A stretch of DNA of 57,335 bases from a virus (Duplodnaviria; Caudoviricetes), in IMG/VR virus record IMGVR_UViG_3300037852_000033, positions 1 to 57,335 of that record; one strand, given 5' to 3'. The notes below the pieces were generated by a model. That model ran no database searches. It saw only the letters and a program-made list of their open reading frames with translations, and was not told where the DNA came from. Positions 1 to 12,100 of this stretch are shown in pieces. The position numbers and the translations under genes were made by a program. Position 1 is the first letter of the stretch. Every line of letters starts with the position of its first letter.

Positions 1-100
1 GGTCGGAGGCGAAGCCGTAGGCTAAACCCTTGTGCCGCCTCTGTAATAAATAGGCAGAACGCAGGACATTGACACCAAAACGTGCTATATCCAATGACCA

Positions 101-706
101 ATGACCAAGCCAACACTAAGGGAGATTGCGGCTCATCTGAAAATCTCCAAAACGCATGCCCACCTACTGACGACCAAAGGCATGCCGACAACATCTCTGG
201 CGGCAGCCAAGAATTGGCGGGACAGGCAACAAATGAAGCGGGAGGCAACCAACGCGAAACGTGCAAGCGTGCAGGCGGCGAGAAGGAGAGGCAGACCGAC
301 CAAACCTCACAAACCAGCCAACACCGGGGACACCCTGAACGACGTGCTCCAGGATTGCATAGCAGTCCACCAGACAGCCTTCGTGGCCTACCAGAACGCG
401 GCTTGCCAGGAACTGACCAGCACGAGCGCTCGGCTGAGCGAGTTCAACAAGGCGGCCCAGAATCGACTGGAGGCGGAAAAGTCATACCGGGAGGAGCTGG
501 AGCGCCGGGGCATCCTTGTCCTCCGTGCGGACATCGTGGACCACTGCCGACGCGCTATCGATACTATAGCCCGCCGCGTGAAAAAGCTCCCAGCGGAGCA
601 GGGGCCGCAATGCAATGAACTTGAACCCCTCAAGGCGGTTCGCATCCTCCAGAGGGCGGTGGATGAAATCCTAAAGGCCGCCGATGCCACTCTCCACAAT
701 CTGTAG
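101..706 (+). CDS. terminase small subunit (Nu1-like)
   Basis: N-terminal HTH-like segment (TLREIAAHLKISK), helical C-terminus, immediately upstream of and overlapping a GpA-type large terminase. Confidence 0.7.
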   Translation: MTKPTLREIAAHLKISKTHAHLLTTKGMPTTSLAAAKNWRDRQQMKREATNAKRASVQAARRRGRPTKPHKPANTGDTLNDVLQDCIAVHQTAFVAYQNAACQELTSTSARLSEFNKAAQNRLEAEKSYREELERRGILVLRADIVDHCRRAIDTIARRVKKLPAEQGPQCNELEPLKAVRILQRAVDEILKAADATLHNL

Positions 707-2558
707 AGCAAAAGAGCATGATGAGGCGTTTGACCTCATCGGCTCGCCACTATCGCCCGTGCGGGTGGATTCGGTCTGCGACTGGGTGGAGGAGAACGTG
801 GAGCTTCCGACCGGAGCGATCACCGGAAAGATCAATCTGGACAAAACCCCCTACATGCGAGCCATCCTGGAGCGCTACGGTGACAAGAGCTGCCGACACC
901 TGGTTTTGTGCTTTGGGACCCAACTGGGAAAAACCAGTATTCTGAGCTGCGGGATGCTCTATCGTATCGCCATGGACCCCGAGGATGGGATGTGGGTCAT
1001 GGCCAACGCCGATCAGGCACGGGACTTCAACAAGGAGCGCTTCATGCCCTTCGTGCGGCGCTGTCCGCCCGTCTTCGATCTAGTGCCCAAAACGACCAAG
1101 GGAGTAGTGGACAAACACCTCTGGGGATTTCAGAACCAGCACTACCGCTCTATGGTCCTTAACTTCGTGGGAGCGGGCTCCCCGGCCAACCTCTCCTCCC
1201 GGCCTCGCGGGCTGATGTGCATGGATGAGTGTGACAAATACTACGATGTCATTAAATTCGACGCGGGCACCATCCAACTGGCCGAGGAACGGCAGAAGAC
1301 CTTTCACTTCCCCATCTCGATTAAAGCCAGCAGCCCAACCTTGGTGGACCGGATGATATGGCAGGAATATCTCCAAACCGACCAAGAGGAGCTATGGCTA
1401 CCTTGTCCGCGCTGTGAAAAGGATATTCTCCTAAAATTCAAGACCAAGAGCGATCGGCACGGGCTCTGTGGCGTGCGTTGGTGGCATGAGGACGAGAAGG
1501 AGGCTATGACCGATGGCGAGTGGGACCTCAAGAAGGCGCGAGCCAACGCCTTCTATAAGTGCCAGGAGTGCGGAGGAATGATCCATGACTTCGAGCGTGA
1601 GGACATGCTTCAGGTAGGAGAGTGGAGGCCGTCTAATCACCGCTCCGAGTCTGGCCGCATCGGCTACCACCTCAGTTCCCTCTACTCCATCCTCTCCCAG
1701 GAAACCTCCCTCGGGGCGATTGCCGTCAAATTCCTGGTCGCCAAGGGGCTGCGCTCCCAGTTGCAGAACTTCGTCAACGGCTGGCTGGCGGAACCCTGGG
1801 ACGAATCGCAAGCCTACGACTTCGAGGAGGTGCCATTAGAGGCGATCACCGACCTGACGATTCCCCAAAACGATGAAGACACCGTGACACTCATGGCGGT
1901 GGATGTCCAGGTGCGAGGATATTGGGTCTTGATCCGCCGATTCCAACGCCCATCCTCAAAATACCCCAATGGCCAGAGCTGGCTATTGACCGCCGACTTC
2001 GTGGATACCGATAACGACATTGTGGAATTGCAAAAGGAATATGGAGTAGACGGCAAAAACGTCACCCTCGATATGGCCAAGAACCCGACCAAGGTAGCCA
2101 AACGGATCGTCGAGCACGACTGGCGTGGCATCTGGGGATCAGACACCAAACTATTTGATCATCCTGGACCAGGCGGCACCAAGGTAAAACGTGAGTTTTC
2201 TGATACGAAATGGTGGGACCCAATGTTGGGCAGTAGATGGGAATCCAGAACCCTCAAGCGCTGCGCCTATGTGCTCTTCAATAAATCGCGGTTCAGCGAT
2301 CACGTCAGCGCCTTGCGCTATGCCAAGCCGACCATTTGGCACACGACCGTCAATGTGCATCCAAAATACTCACGCCACATGAATAGCCGCGTGAAGCGCC
2401 AGCAGAAAAACAAAAAGACAGGCAGGGTGGAGTGGGCCTGGGTGGAGCTGCACCAGGACAACCACCTGCTGGACTGCGAAAACCACGTCACCGTAAGGGC
2501 TATGCAACTTGGATTCCTCAACCTCCCCGATGACACCGATAAACAGCATGTCGCCTAA
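684..2558 (+). CDS. terminase large subunit, lambda GpA family (exact start uncertain)
   Basis: TPYMRAILE, Walker A FGTQLGKTS, Walker B MDECDKY, SSPT motif, Zn-binding PCPRC/CQECG, nuclease AVDVQ and NHLLDCE. Confidence 0.93.
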   Translation: MPLSTICRAKEHDEAFDLIGSPLSPVRVDSVCDWVEENVELPTGAITGKINLDKTPYMRAILERYGDKSCRHLVLCFGTQLGKTSILSCGMLYRIAMDPEDGMWVMANADQARDFNKERFMPFVRRCPPVFDLVPKTTKGVVDKHLWGFQNQHYRSMVLNFVGAGSPANLSSRPRGLMCMDECDKYYDVIKFDAGTIQLAEERQKTFHFPISIKASSPTLVDRMIWQEYLQTDQEELWLPCPRCEKDILLKFKTKSDRHGLCGVRWWHEDEKEAMTDGEWDLKKARANAFYKCQECGGMIHDFEREDMLQVGEWRPSNHRSESGRIGYHLSSLYSILSQETSLGAIAVKFLVAKGLRSQLQNFVNGWLAEPWDESQAYDFEEVPLEAITDLTIPQNDEDTVTLMAVDVQVRGYWVLIRRFQRPSSKYPNGQSWLLTADFVDTDNDIVELQKEYGVDGKNVTLDMAKNPTKVAKRIVEHDWRGIWGSDTKLFDHPGPGGTKVKREFSDTKWWDPMLGSRWESRTLKRCAYVLFNKSRFSDHVSALRYAKPTIWHTTVNVHPKYSRHMNSRVKRQQKNKKTGRVEWAWVELHQDNHLLDCENHVTVRAMQLGFLNLPDDTDKQHVA

Positions 2559-2743
2559 CGCCTTTGACCCTGTGGCCTGCGGTGCCCTCCTCATCCTCCT
2601 GCGGGACGTGGACCGGCGCAGTCACATCTACTGGGCGCGCATCGAAAAGAACGCGAAACGAGCACAGCGCGGAGGGTCTGCAAAAAAATCACTTGCAAGC
2701 CTTTCGCTTCAGACGAATGTGAAGAACTAAACACCAAAAACCA

Positions 2744-3468
2744 ATGACCAAATCAAAGTCGCTTATCGTCGCCCCAACCCTCCCCGAGGAATTTCAGATC
2801 ACCCTCACCAACGAGGGAGAACTCATCAAGAAGCGGCTCCTCGAATCATCCGGGGCCATCACCGTCATCGACACCATCGAGGAGCGCGACACCGCCATTG
2901 CCGTCGCCTCCGATATTGCCTCGCACCTCAAGGCCGTAGAGCAGAGCCGCAAGGCCATCAAGGAGCCGTTCTACAAAACTGGCAAAGAGATCGATCGCAT
3001 TGCCGAGGAACATTGCCACAAGCTCGCCGAGGAGAAGGTCAGACTCGACAGACATGTAGGCCAGTTTGAAAACGAACGCCTCAAGGCTATCCACGATGAG
3101 CAGGTCCGCCTCGATCGTGAACAGCGCGAGAAGGAAGCAGCCACCCAAGCCAAGGTGGACGCCGCGAAGACCAAGAAGCAGAAGCTCGCCTCCGAACTCG
3201 AATTGGAAAATGCCGAACAGGCCCGGCGCGAGGCCGACATCGAGCGCCAGCGCCTCGAAGAACTCAAGCGCCAAGAGGCCGCCAAAGGAGGCATGAGGCG
3301 TATGGAGGTCAATATCCAGGTGCTCGATATGCACTTTACAAAGCGCGCCCCGATTGCGTTCGGCTGGAGCCAGACCTCCGACAAATCCGTTACCTCCATG
3401 GCACCGGAGTTCAACTTCCAGGCGTGCTCATCACCGAATCACCTATCTACTCAGCCAAAAGCAAATAA
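2744..3468 (+). pseudogene. coiled-coil phage protein (Gp157/DUF1351-like) with an apparent -1 frameshift near 3329
   Basis: Coiled-coil ORF from 2744; a family-like C-terminus (ALYKARPDCVRLEPD...LPGVLITE, stop 3468) lies in the -1 frame from 3331. Confidence 0.55.
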
Positions 3469-3488
3469 CCAAACCACCAAAAACCAAT

Positions 3489-3803
3489 ATGCCAAGAAAT
3501 CAACAAACTCACGAAAGTCTACTCAAGCTCGCCTTCGAGCTACAACCACAGAAGGAGGAATTGCAGCGCAAGTTCGATAAGGGATACCAACTCATTGATT
3601 TCGCTGTTGCTCACAAGATCAGCGTTCATACCGCCAGAACCGTCCTTCATTCACTGAACGTCAATTACAGCGCTCGCGGACAAGGTAGTATTCAGCCCAA
3701 GAACCTACGCCGAGAACTCACGGCAGTAGTTACTGTCCTACGGCGAATAGCCAAGGGATTAAACGAGCCAACAACCGAACTCGACGAATTCCTAGACAAA
3801 TGA
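3489..3803 (+). CDS. hypothetical protein, possible HTH
   Basis: ATG at 3489 after an A/C-rich leader; stop overlaps the next start. Confidence 0.55.
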   Translation: MPRNQQTHESLLKLAFELQPQKEELQRKFDKGYQLIDFAVAHKISVHTARTVLHSLNVNYSARGQGSIQPKNLRRELTAVVTVLRRIAKGLNEPTTELDEFLDK

Positions 3804-5065
3804 GCGAGCAATTAACTACCACGGGCAATCCTTTCGAGATCGATAGTTTTGCCCAACTCGAAAAAGTTGCTGGTTACATCGCCAGCAGCCAGATGTTCGG
3901 GATCAAGACCCCGGCCCAGGCCATCACCCTGATGATGCTCTGTCAGGCCGAGGGTCTAAATCCAATCACCGCCCTGCGGCGCTACCACATGATCCAGGGA
4001 CGCCCAAGCATGCGGGCGGATGCCATGCAGGGGGAGTTTGAAAGCAAGGGAGGAAACATCATCTGGCATTATCGTTCAGACGAGATGGTAGCCGCGACAT
4101 TCTTCCGCAAGGGAGTTGTGGTGGACGACGCGGCACGCAAGCGGGCGATCGAACGATTCAGTCTGCAAAGCGATCTCCTTGATCCCGAGGTGAGCGATGA
4201 TGCCAAAATCGCGCTCATCCAGAAAATCTCGGAACTCAGCCGGTCAGGAGAAGCCCTCATCATCCGCACCTATGCTGATGCTGAAGAAAAGGGCCTATCG
4301 CTCACCTGGAAGGAGACCAAGGAAGGAAGCGGAGAATGGGAACAGGTCACCAAGGATAACTGGAAGGCATCCCCACGCCAGATGCTCACCGCCCGTGTTG
4401 TTTCCGAAGGCGTGAGGCTGGTGGAGCCCGCCCTTATCGCGGGCATCTACTCCGAGGATGAAACCGAGGACATCATCCGGCGTGAGGCCATGGAGAAATC
4501 GAAGGCCCCCGCCAGCCCACTCAACACCGCCACTGAAGAGCAGCGAATCCGGTGGATGATCGAGGAGAAACAGAAGGAGCTGGACATGGACATCACCGAC
4601 GCCAATCGCCAGAGGCTCCACGGGGAGATTTCCGACCTCAAGCTGGACTTGGAGGCGATTTACATCAAAGAGACTCCATCGCGCATGGCCCGCGCTGAGC
4701 CTACAAGCCCCGCCAAGGCCCCTCTGGACCCAAAACCAGTGTCTGGTAGCCAAAAGGGGGTACCAAGCAATCCTAGGGCATCCTCGAAGCAAGTTCCGGC
4801 ATCCACGGAAGAGGACGCCATCCCAGGACTCACTGTTGAGCCGCCACCTCCGCCTGACTGGAAGACGTATCGACTCAGGGTCGTTAAGAGCCCATCATAC
4901 AAAGGCAGGACCCTGGAAGAGCTATCCGAAGAGGAGATCGATATCCTCTTCGAGAAGCGATCCAAGCCATTCATGGACGATCCTAATAAGGACATCCGCA
5001 CCGAGGCCCGTATGATTGCCATCGCCCACGCCCACATCCACGAAAAGAAAGGAAAGAAGAAGTGA
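3800..5065 (+). CDS. RecT/Red-beta-like single-strand annealing protein
   Basis: GLNPITAL..HMIQGRPSMRADAM and NWKASPRQMLTARVVSEGVRLVEP..AGIYSEDE motifs typical of phage annealases; Pro-rich linker and C-terminal domain. Confidence 0.75.
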   Translation: MSEQLTTTGNPFEIDSFAQLEKVAGYIASSQMFGIKTPAQAITLMMLCQAEGLNPITALRRYHMIQGRPSMRADAMQGEFESKGGNIIWHYRSDEMVAATFFRKGVVVDDAARKRAIERFSLQSDLLDPEVSDDAKIALIQKISELSRSGEALIIRTYADAEEKGLSLTWKETKEGSGEWEQVTKDNWKASPRQMLTARVVSEGVRLVEPALIAGIYSEDETEDIIRREAMEKSKAPASPLNTATEEQRIRWMIEEKQKELDMDITDANRQRLHGEISDLKLDLEAIYIKETPSRMARAEPTSPAKAPLDPKPVSGSQKGVPSNPRASSKQVPASTEEDAIPGLTVEPPPPPDWKTYRLRVVKSPSYKGRTLEELSEEEIDILFEKRSKPFMDDPNKDIRTEARMIAIAHAHIHEKKGKKK

Positions 5066-5493
5066 GCAACCTCAGATACTGCAAACATGACTACCCAGAG
5101 AACAGCAACTGCCCCTATTGCCAACTTGAATCATTACAAATCATGAACTCAGCCGAAAAGCAACACCAACTCGACAAGAACCGACCACCCGATCCCAAAC
5201 CACCTGAAACGGAGTCCAAACCACCACATCAGGAGACAGCCGAGGAAGTCGCAGAGCGGGAAAGAGCCGAGCGCCAGCGCGCCTACCACGCCTATCGCAT
5301 CAAAGTCACACCCGCCTACCTCAACGCCATCCTAGTCATTGAGCGCGATTCTAACTTGGATATCGACTCCTTTTTCAAGGCCGCCATCCGCATCCTCCGC
5401 AGGGACGCCATGTTATTGGCCGCCCTCCAGGAAGGCGAACTTGATTGCAACCCAGGTAACCCCATCGCAGCTCAACGCCCGATCAATACATGA
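5062..5493 (+). CDS. hypothetical protein
   Basis: Overlapping start/stop with neighbours; N-terminal CKH..CPYC. Confidence 0.5.
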   Translation: MSNLRYCKHDYPENSNCPYCQLESLQIMNSAEKQHQLDKNRPPDPKPPETESKPPHQETAEEVAERERAERQRAYHAYRIKVTPAYLNAILVIERDSNLDIDSFFKAAIRILRRDAMLLAALQEGELDCNPGNPIAAQRPINT

Positions 5494-5849
5494 ATCTCAA
5501 CGACCAACACGCCGACCTAGTAGCCAAACTCTTCAAACGAGGTCGAGAAATGCAAGAGGAAGTCACCGCCTTAGATATGGAGGTAATGCACGCCGCCATT
5601 GGGATTGCAGGCGAGGCCGGAGAAATCATTGATGCCATCAAGAAAGTGGTGATCTACCGCAAATGCCTTGATCGAGAGAATGTCATCGAGGAACTCGGCG
5701 ATATGGAGTTTTACATGGAGGCTTTGCGCCGCCGACTAATGATTACTAGAGAAGAGTGCCTACTAGCCAACCTCAAGAAACTAAACCAACGCTACCACAG
5801 CGGTTCCTATAGCGATCAACACGCCCAAGAAAGGGCCGACAAAAAATGA
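5490..5849 (+). CDS. MazG-like nucleotide pyrophosphohydrolase
   Basis: GIAGEAGEIIDAIKK...EELGDMEFY...NLKKLNQRY matches the MazG-like EXXE/EXXD pattern. Confidence 0.88.
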   Translation: MNLNDQHADLVAKLFKRGREMQEEVTALDMEVMHAAIGIAGEAGEIIDAIKKVVIYRKCLDRENVIEELGDMEFYMEALRRRLMITREECLLANLKKLNQRYHSGSYSDQHAQERADKK

Positions 5850-8591
5850 AGACCATAGAAGTAGTTATCATCCACCCCACCGACCCCAACGGAGACTTCC
5901 GGGCAGCTATTAGCATCCATGCCATCACCATGGTAGTGGAGGCATCCAGTATTGACCAGCGCCAGCGCAAGGAGGTCAAGGGCGTCATCCATTTCATGAA
6001 CGGCAATGCCTATGCCACGGACTCCACGCTCGAAGAGTTGGTCCAGAAACTCAAAGAGGCCGAGAGCGACATCCCAAAGGAGGAGGATTAAATGGAGCCC
6101 ATCTATCGCTATCGCTGGCTACCAAGTAAGAAAGAGGGATGTTACTTCCTCGATGACGATATCGTTGTCATAGCCATCCATGTATTTCTATCCTGGTTTA
6201 GGATACTTGCCTACAAAGCATGCACAACCACCGGAGGCCCTCTTTACTACATCGATCCAAACTCAATACTGCTTACATGAATCTACTCTCTATATCCATC
6301 GATCCGCCAAAGCCGCAAACATGGTTGATAACATTCCACAACGACACCCAGGGCAAGTGGCGCTGCCGCTTCGACGGCCATCTCAACCACTTCCAAATCT
6401 GGCTGATCCGTATCCTGGTCGGCTGGTCTATCGAACCATATAAGCCATGAGCACATCAGTAGCTGATTACATCCTATCAAAACTGAAGCCATTCAAAATG
6501 CGCGAGGTTGAACGCTTTGCGGAAATAAGAGACGGCAAGATAGTCTCTCGCCTCTACGCTCACGAATACGAACCTCAACAGATCGAGGTCACTGGATATG
6601 AATTCCAGTATTTGCAAGAACTCATCCACAACGGCGCGATTCTTGATACCCCCAAGGGCTGCATTGCAGTTGTGGAGATCAACCAAGAGTGCAGGGCGTC
6701 CAATGTCACTGGTGGATCGAGATACTTCGCCAAATTCAACTTTTACGAAAGGATCGAATGAGCCAGGCCAAACTATCACCAGGAGACCACTTCTATATAG
6801 AGCAGAACGGAAGAAAGCTACGCGGCATAGTCGCTGACTTCCTTCCCATGAAGCATGGCCGCAAAACCATGATCCCATTCGTGCGCCCCCGTAACACCAA
6901 GCGGGTGGTTGCCGACAGCCCCAACCACAAGCCGATCAAGTGTCGGTGGCTGGAGAGAAAGCTCGTCCGAAAACTACCAAAACCATGAGCAACTTCATTA
7001 ACGACAATCCATTCATGCCCTGGAACGACGAACCAGAGCGGGACGACCCATTCAAACCCTGGAACAATCCCATGCACAGCGACGATCCGTTTGCGCCATG
7101 GAATAACCCACTAGCCACGGAAAGAGACTACGATCGCTATTGCGACGAGAAGCACATCAGGGAGCGCGACCGATGATCACAATTAACGACGACATCAAGG
7201 ATGCCCTCATGCGTCATGACTGGGTATGCCAGCACTGCGGAGCCAGGCCAGCAGTTAGCATCCGCCAGGACGAACAGAAGCGTAACACCTTTGTCGTATT
7301 TACGTGCCATGGCTTGGACGAGGTTCATCTAATTAACGTCGATGCTCATCACTGGCGTCAGCTCTTTAGGATCAAACCATTTAGGCCACTTATCCTCAGT
7401 CATCCCAAGCCACTGCGCTACGATCCTGAGACCCTTCCACCCATGGAACCAGAGCCTCCATGTATCGATATCTCCGACGAGGAGGTTAAACGCCTACCGG
7501 GACATTGATACACATACCTTATGAAAGACCAAATGAAGAAAAACTCAGGACCACTAAAACATCCACGCACACCCCGCCAAGTAGACGATGAGGCATGTAG
7601 AATCATCAGCAGCCTCAGTGGACAACTTAGCGAACACTTCGCTTCGGTCCAAATCGTGGGCACCATCCTTGATCCCAACGGGCGCACCCGTCGCTTCTCA
7701 TGGGGAGCCGGAGACCTTGCTGCGCGCTTCAAGGCTGCGGAGATGTTCCTTTGTGACGCCGAGAGGCAATTGATGTAATGGCCAAGAAACCAGCGGAAAC
7801 CAAAAAGCCGGAGCCGTCCCAGCGCGATCTAGCAGCCATGGCCTGTGGATGCCTGTCTGGAACCTCCGATCACATTGCCAGGATGCAGCAAGAGCTGGTG
7901 GATATAGCCGGACGATGCTCACTGATCCGTGACTTCTTGGGCAAGATGCCCGAAAAGGTATCAGGCAATAATGACGTGGACTTCCTGCTAGAGCTGAAGG
8001 GCTACTGCGAGAACCGCTTCGGCAACCTCCATGACATGCGCAAGCGGATCGAGGCGATCCTGGAGAAGGTCAACCAATATAAGCCATGAGAGTAACCAGG
8101 CTGAAGATATTTGTGGCTTCGACGCTTGAGGACATCGAAATGAAGTTCGACAGCTTCTTTACCGCCTTATGCCCAGGTAACGTCCTATCGACCAAGCTGT
8201 ATCGGCTTGGTGGCGTCTACCAATACGAAGTCCTTTACGCGATTGTGTTATGATCCACGGAGACGAGTTCCAGCCCTGCCCGGCCAAGTGCTTCAACGGC
8301 TACACCACCCTGCACGCCTTCAACACCCGTAACAGCCGCATGCTATGCCCGTCCTGCGATGGCAAGGGATACCTCATCCACCTGCACGTTGGCATGCCAC
8401 AGCCCACAGCTCCGATCCCCGCTCATGAGGACCGGAGCCGCATCCAGCGCACTGCTGATCGCCTGGAAGCCGGGTTGTGCATGCAGTGCGGAGAGGAGCC
8501 CCTCCTGGGCAAGAGCCTGGGAGCCCGCTGTATGGGGCTTAAGCGCCTCCAACATCAGCGGGCTCGGCATTGGGATGCGGAGATCGGCTAA
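5846..8591 (+). other. run of about 12 small, mostly translationally coupled hypothetical CDSs (5846-6091, 6092-6280, 6277-6450, 6447-6761, 6758-6988, 6985-7176, 7173-7508, 7521-7778, 7778-8089, 8086-8253, 8250-8591)
   Basis: Consecutive ATGA/TAATG overlaps; 8250-8591 and 7173-7508 carry CxxC pairs. Confidence 0.6.
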
Positions 8592-9175
8592 TGAGAGTCC
8601 TGATTGCCTGCGAATTCAGCGGCGTAGTGCGAGATGCCTTCTTGGCCAGAGGGCACGATGCTTGGTCGTGTGATATAATTCAATCGACTTCTCCAATTAC
8701 TGGGCGGCACATTCTTGATAATATCCTAAATGGAATCCTGTGTGGAACAAACGCAGGAGGCCCATGGGACATGATGCTCGCCTTCCCTCCCTGCACACAC
8801 CTTTGTGTCAGCGGGGCGCGTTGGTTTAAGAGAAAGAAGGATGAACAACTGGAGGCTATTAAGTTCTTCATGGCGCTCGTTAATGCCCCAATCCCACGCA
8901 TTGCCATCGAGAACCCAGTTGGAATTATGTCCACGCGATACCGCAAGCCAGATCAGATCATCCAACCATGGATGTTCGGCCACGGAGAAACCAAAGCGAC
9001 CTGCCTTTGGCTCAATAACCTTCCACTACTCACACCAACCAAGATCGTGTCTGGACGTGAAGCACGCATCCATAAAATGCCTCCATCAGCCGATCGAGGA
9101 CAGCTCCGTAGCATCACACTCACTGGTATTGCGGAGGCGATGGCCCATCAATGGGGAGAATCTCCTCCAATTTAG
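8591..9175 (+). CDS. phage DNA cytosine methyltransferase-like protein
   Basis: MRVLIACEFSG (motif I-like), FPPCTHL (catalytic PC), IENPVG (motif VI). Confidence 0.8.
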   Translation: MRVLIACEFSGVVRDAFLARGHDAWSCDIIQSTSPITGRHILDNILNGILCGTNAGGPWDMMLAFPPCTHLCVSGARWFKRKKDEQLEAIKFFMALVNAPIPRIAIENPVGIMSTRYRKPDQIIQPWMFGHGETKATCLWLNNLPLLTPTKIVSGREARIHKMPPSADRGQLRSITLTGIAEAMAHQWGESPPI

Positions 9176-12100
9176 CGCCGAGTTTGCGGGGATCAGTCCT
9201 CCAAGCGCGTCCATTGTAACTAATGTGCGCGACTGTCTTTCCGCTATTGAGATCAACAACTGTTACGCGCGGAGACTCACTAGCTCCAAGGCATCGCTCG
9301 TCTCGATAGCGCTCCCACGCTAGCTGAGCCTCCTGAATCGAGGCAACAGCAACAACCTTCCTACCCCTTCCAACCCGTAGGCCAAATGGATATTTGATGA
9401 TAGCTTGCTCGATTAAATCAGATGATGGTTTGATTTTCATAGTTTGACTCCTTTCTTAATAGGCCCGCAAACGCACGACGTTGACCGCCAAGGCCACCCT
9501 AACGCCCAAAAGGTATCAGGGTAGCGGACTAGGGGTCCCAAGCGATCTACGGGCGTTTTAATGGCCAGCCTCCTCCACAGTATACTGGATCGTCATCCAG
9601 TTGGTTCCATTGTTCGCATCGAACCTCCTGAATAGAAGCTCGGCCACATCCTCCCATTTATCATCCTTCCAATCGACCGCATCACCCTCATCGAGATCGC
9701 CATCAGGATGGGCGAAATCATCGGGACACCATGTTTCGATGTAGACCATGGGATATTTATCCCGCATGACCTGAAGATCGGCATAGAACTGCTCTCTAAT
9801 TGAGTTGTTTGGCATAATTGCTCCTTTCTTTTATGATTCAAACTCCTTGGCCAGGTCCAGTGACTCCTGACGGTGTTTGAGGAAGGTCTGCTCCCAGTAA
9901 ACCCCCTTGTTGTAACTATCCCTGGCCATCCACAGGAAGATCAGGGACCACACAACGAAGAACAAACTGAACGGCCAGGGCGTAAACGCCGCCACAGTGG
10001 ACTCCAATATACTGCAACAGAGGCATGCTATGGTCAGACCACGGAAGGCGCGCCTAGAAGACGCCGCCTCTTGGGTGGACTTCTCCGCCAATTCACGGAA
10101 GGTAGATGGCGTGCTCATGGCGTGCTCACGATCTTCATATAGACCAAACTCAGCGCCATCCCAATAATAGACGCCACAAAGATGGCGACCCACACTGGCT
10201 GCCTTAATTTTGCGGTTGCGAACCCAGCAAGACCACCGAGTAGCAAGCAGGACAGAGAATAGAGAAAGTAGTTCATGACTTCCTCCTCCTGCTGCGGCGC
10301 TTCTTACTCTTCCTTCTCTCTGGCCTGGCCGCATCAATCAAGGGATGGGCCTCCTCATAGAATTCCAGGGCGTAGACCAGGCGATCCAGCTTTGGAAATA
10401 GTAATCCAATAGCTCGCTGGTCCGCTTCATTCTCAAACTCCAGCCGAAGCTGGTTGAGGTGCTGCACTACCACATTAACGGGGACGTTTTTCATAATTTA
10501 TCCTTTCTTGGTTACTGTCTAGTGCCTCATCTGCGGCATCCTGGGCCATCTTGGCTAATAGCTGCACGGATGCAGCTCCGTGTTTTTCGAGCACCTCCTT
10601 AACCATAGTATCATCATGGATGTAATGGAACATCATACAGTGCTTGACCGCCTGGAGGAGGGTGCAGGCGCGCAGAGCGGTATCTAGTTTAGCTGCCTGC
10701 ATTCCAGCAAAACACGAGAAGTCTCCAAGCCGTAGGATAGGAACACCGAACATGCGAGACATCTCCTCGCAAAATTCCTTAATTTCGTCCTTCTGTTGTT
10801 CCTGTTGATCTCTCATCACTCTTTTCCTCCCGATTTAATGAAGAGGTCGATGCGCTTCACCGCCACTTTGGCGCGTTTCAATGGACTGCCTGCGGTTAAA
10901 TACGCATACTTGAGTCTCTCCGGCCAATTAGATATAAAGAACAAACGAGGTCCCATAAATCCTTCTATGTCCAAGTATATAGTCGCTCTGCCTTCAACAT
11001 TCATTAATCTCTCCCCCCTTTTAAGGCGGGTCCACCTATTGCTTAGGGCCACGGCAAAACCACCAATGCAGGCAGTGGTCCCACATGGAGATATTGAATT
11101 TCTCTCAAACCAGGATTGCATATCGAACCTCCTGGGTTCCTTGAGGATTTCCTTCTGCACCTTGCGTAGTAGTTTGATATTCATGGTTTTTGTTCCTTTC
11201 ATTTGGTTGTTTGCACCGCCTTGAGAGCTGCTTGCAGGGACGGCATAAAGCGATCCTGCTGGCTATTTGGTATAGTATCCCATCGTCCAACGCTTGGTGA
11301 TTTATCCTGACTGCGGATAATCGGGGCCATAATGATCGATCCAGCCTCCGCGTCCACACTCCAGATCGTAATCAACTCCACGCTGTCTGGTTCCTCTCCT
11401 AGGTTTTTGGCGATCCGTTCTCGCCTAATACGATCGATAAACTCACTGGTCTGGTCTTCGTCCATTCCTTTAACATCCTCCCGCTCGGCTTCGGTAAGTT
11501 TGTTGTAGAAATTATTCATCCACACTGGGGACATTAAGGCCACGGCCTGGATGCGATGCTCTTTTATGAATTCACTCATCTTCTCAGCCAGCGCGTCCTT
11601 GCCACCCGAGCTGCTCATACAGCTCGGGTCTATGACTACGACATCAAAATCACCATCGATGTCGATCATGATGGCTCCGGGATTGAGATTGTGATCCGGG
11701 TCGTTCATCTCATCCCGGCTATTACCAGCAGGTAGCTCATTCAGCCCACGCACTACGATCTCCATTATGGCTTGAGTGGCTTGATCTTTCTTTGATAGGT
11801 TGTCGGTTTTCATTGTTGGTCCTTTCATTTGTTGGTTAAGTCTAAATACTCATCTTCCCATTGCTCTGGCTCCGGTTCATCCCTCCACATGGTCAGCGCA
11901 TAGGCATCGCTACCATCAGGGATGGCCGCATTACACAGATCGCAGCACAGGACATCCACATCGATATTAGTAACTTTGCTCTCTGTCCTGACCGTGATGT
12001 GCAGGTCCTTTGGTTTGTGGGCCACACCGAGAACCTTGCGGAATTTCCATCCCTCGACCACATCCTCTGCGGAAACCAGCGTAGGTCTGAGGCCACACTT

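Noticed and set aside
82-618. 178-aa ORF overlapping the small terminase
   Set aside because: Alternative frame of 101-706 with low-complexity, non-protein-like composition
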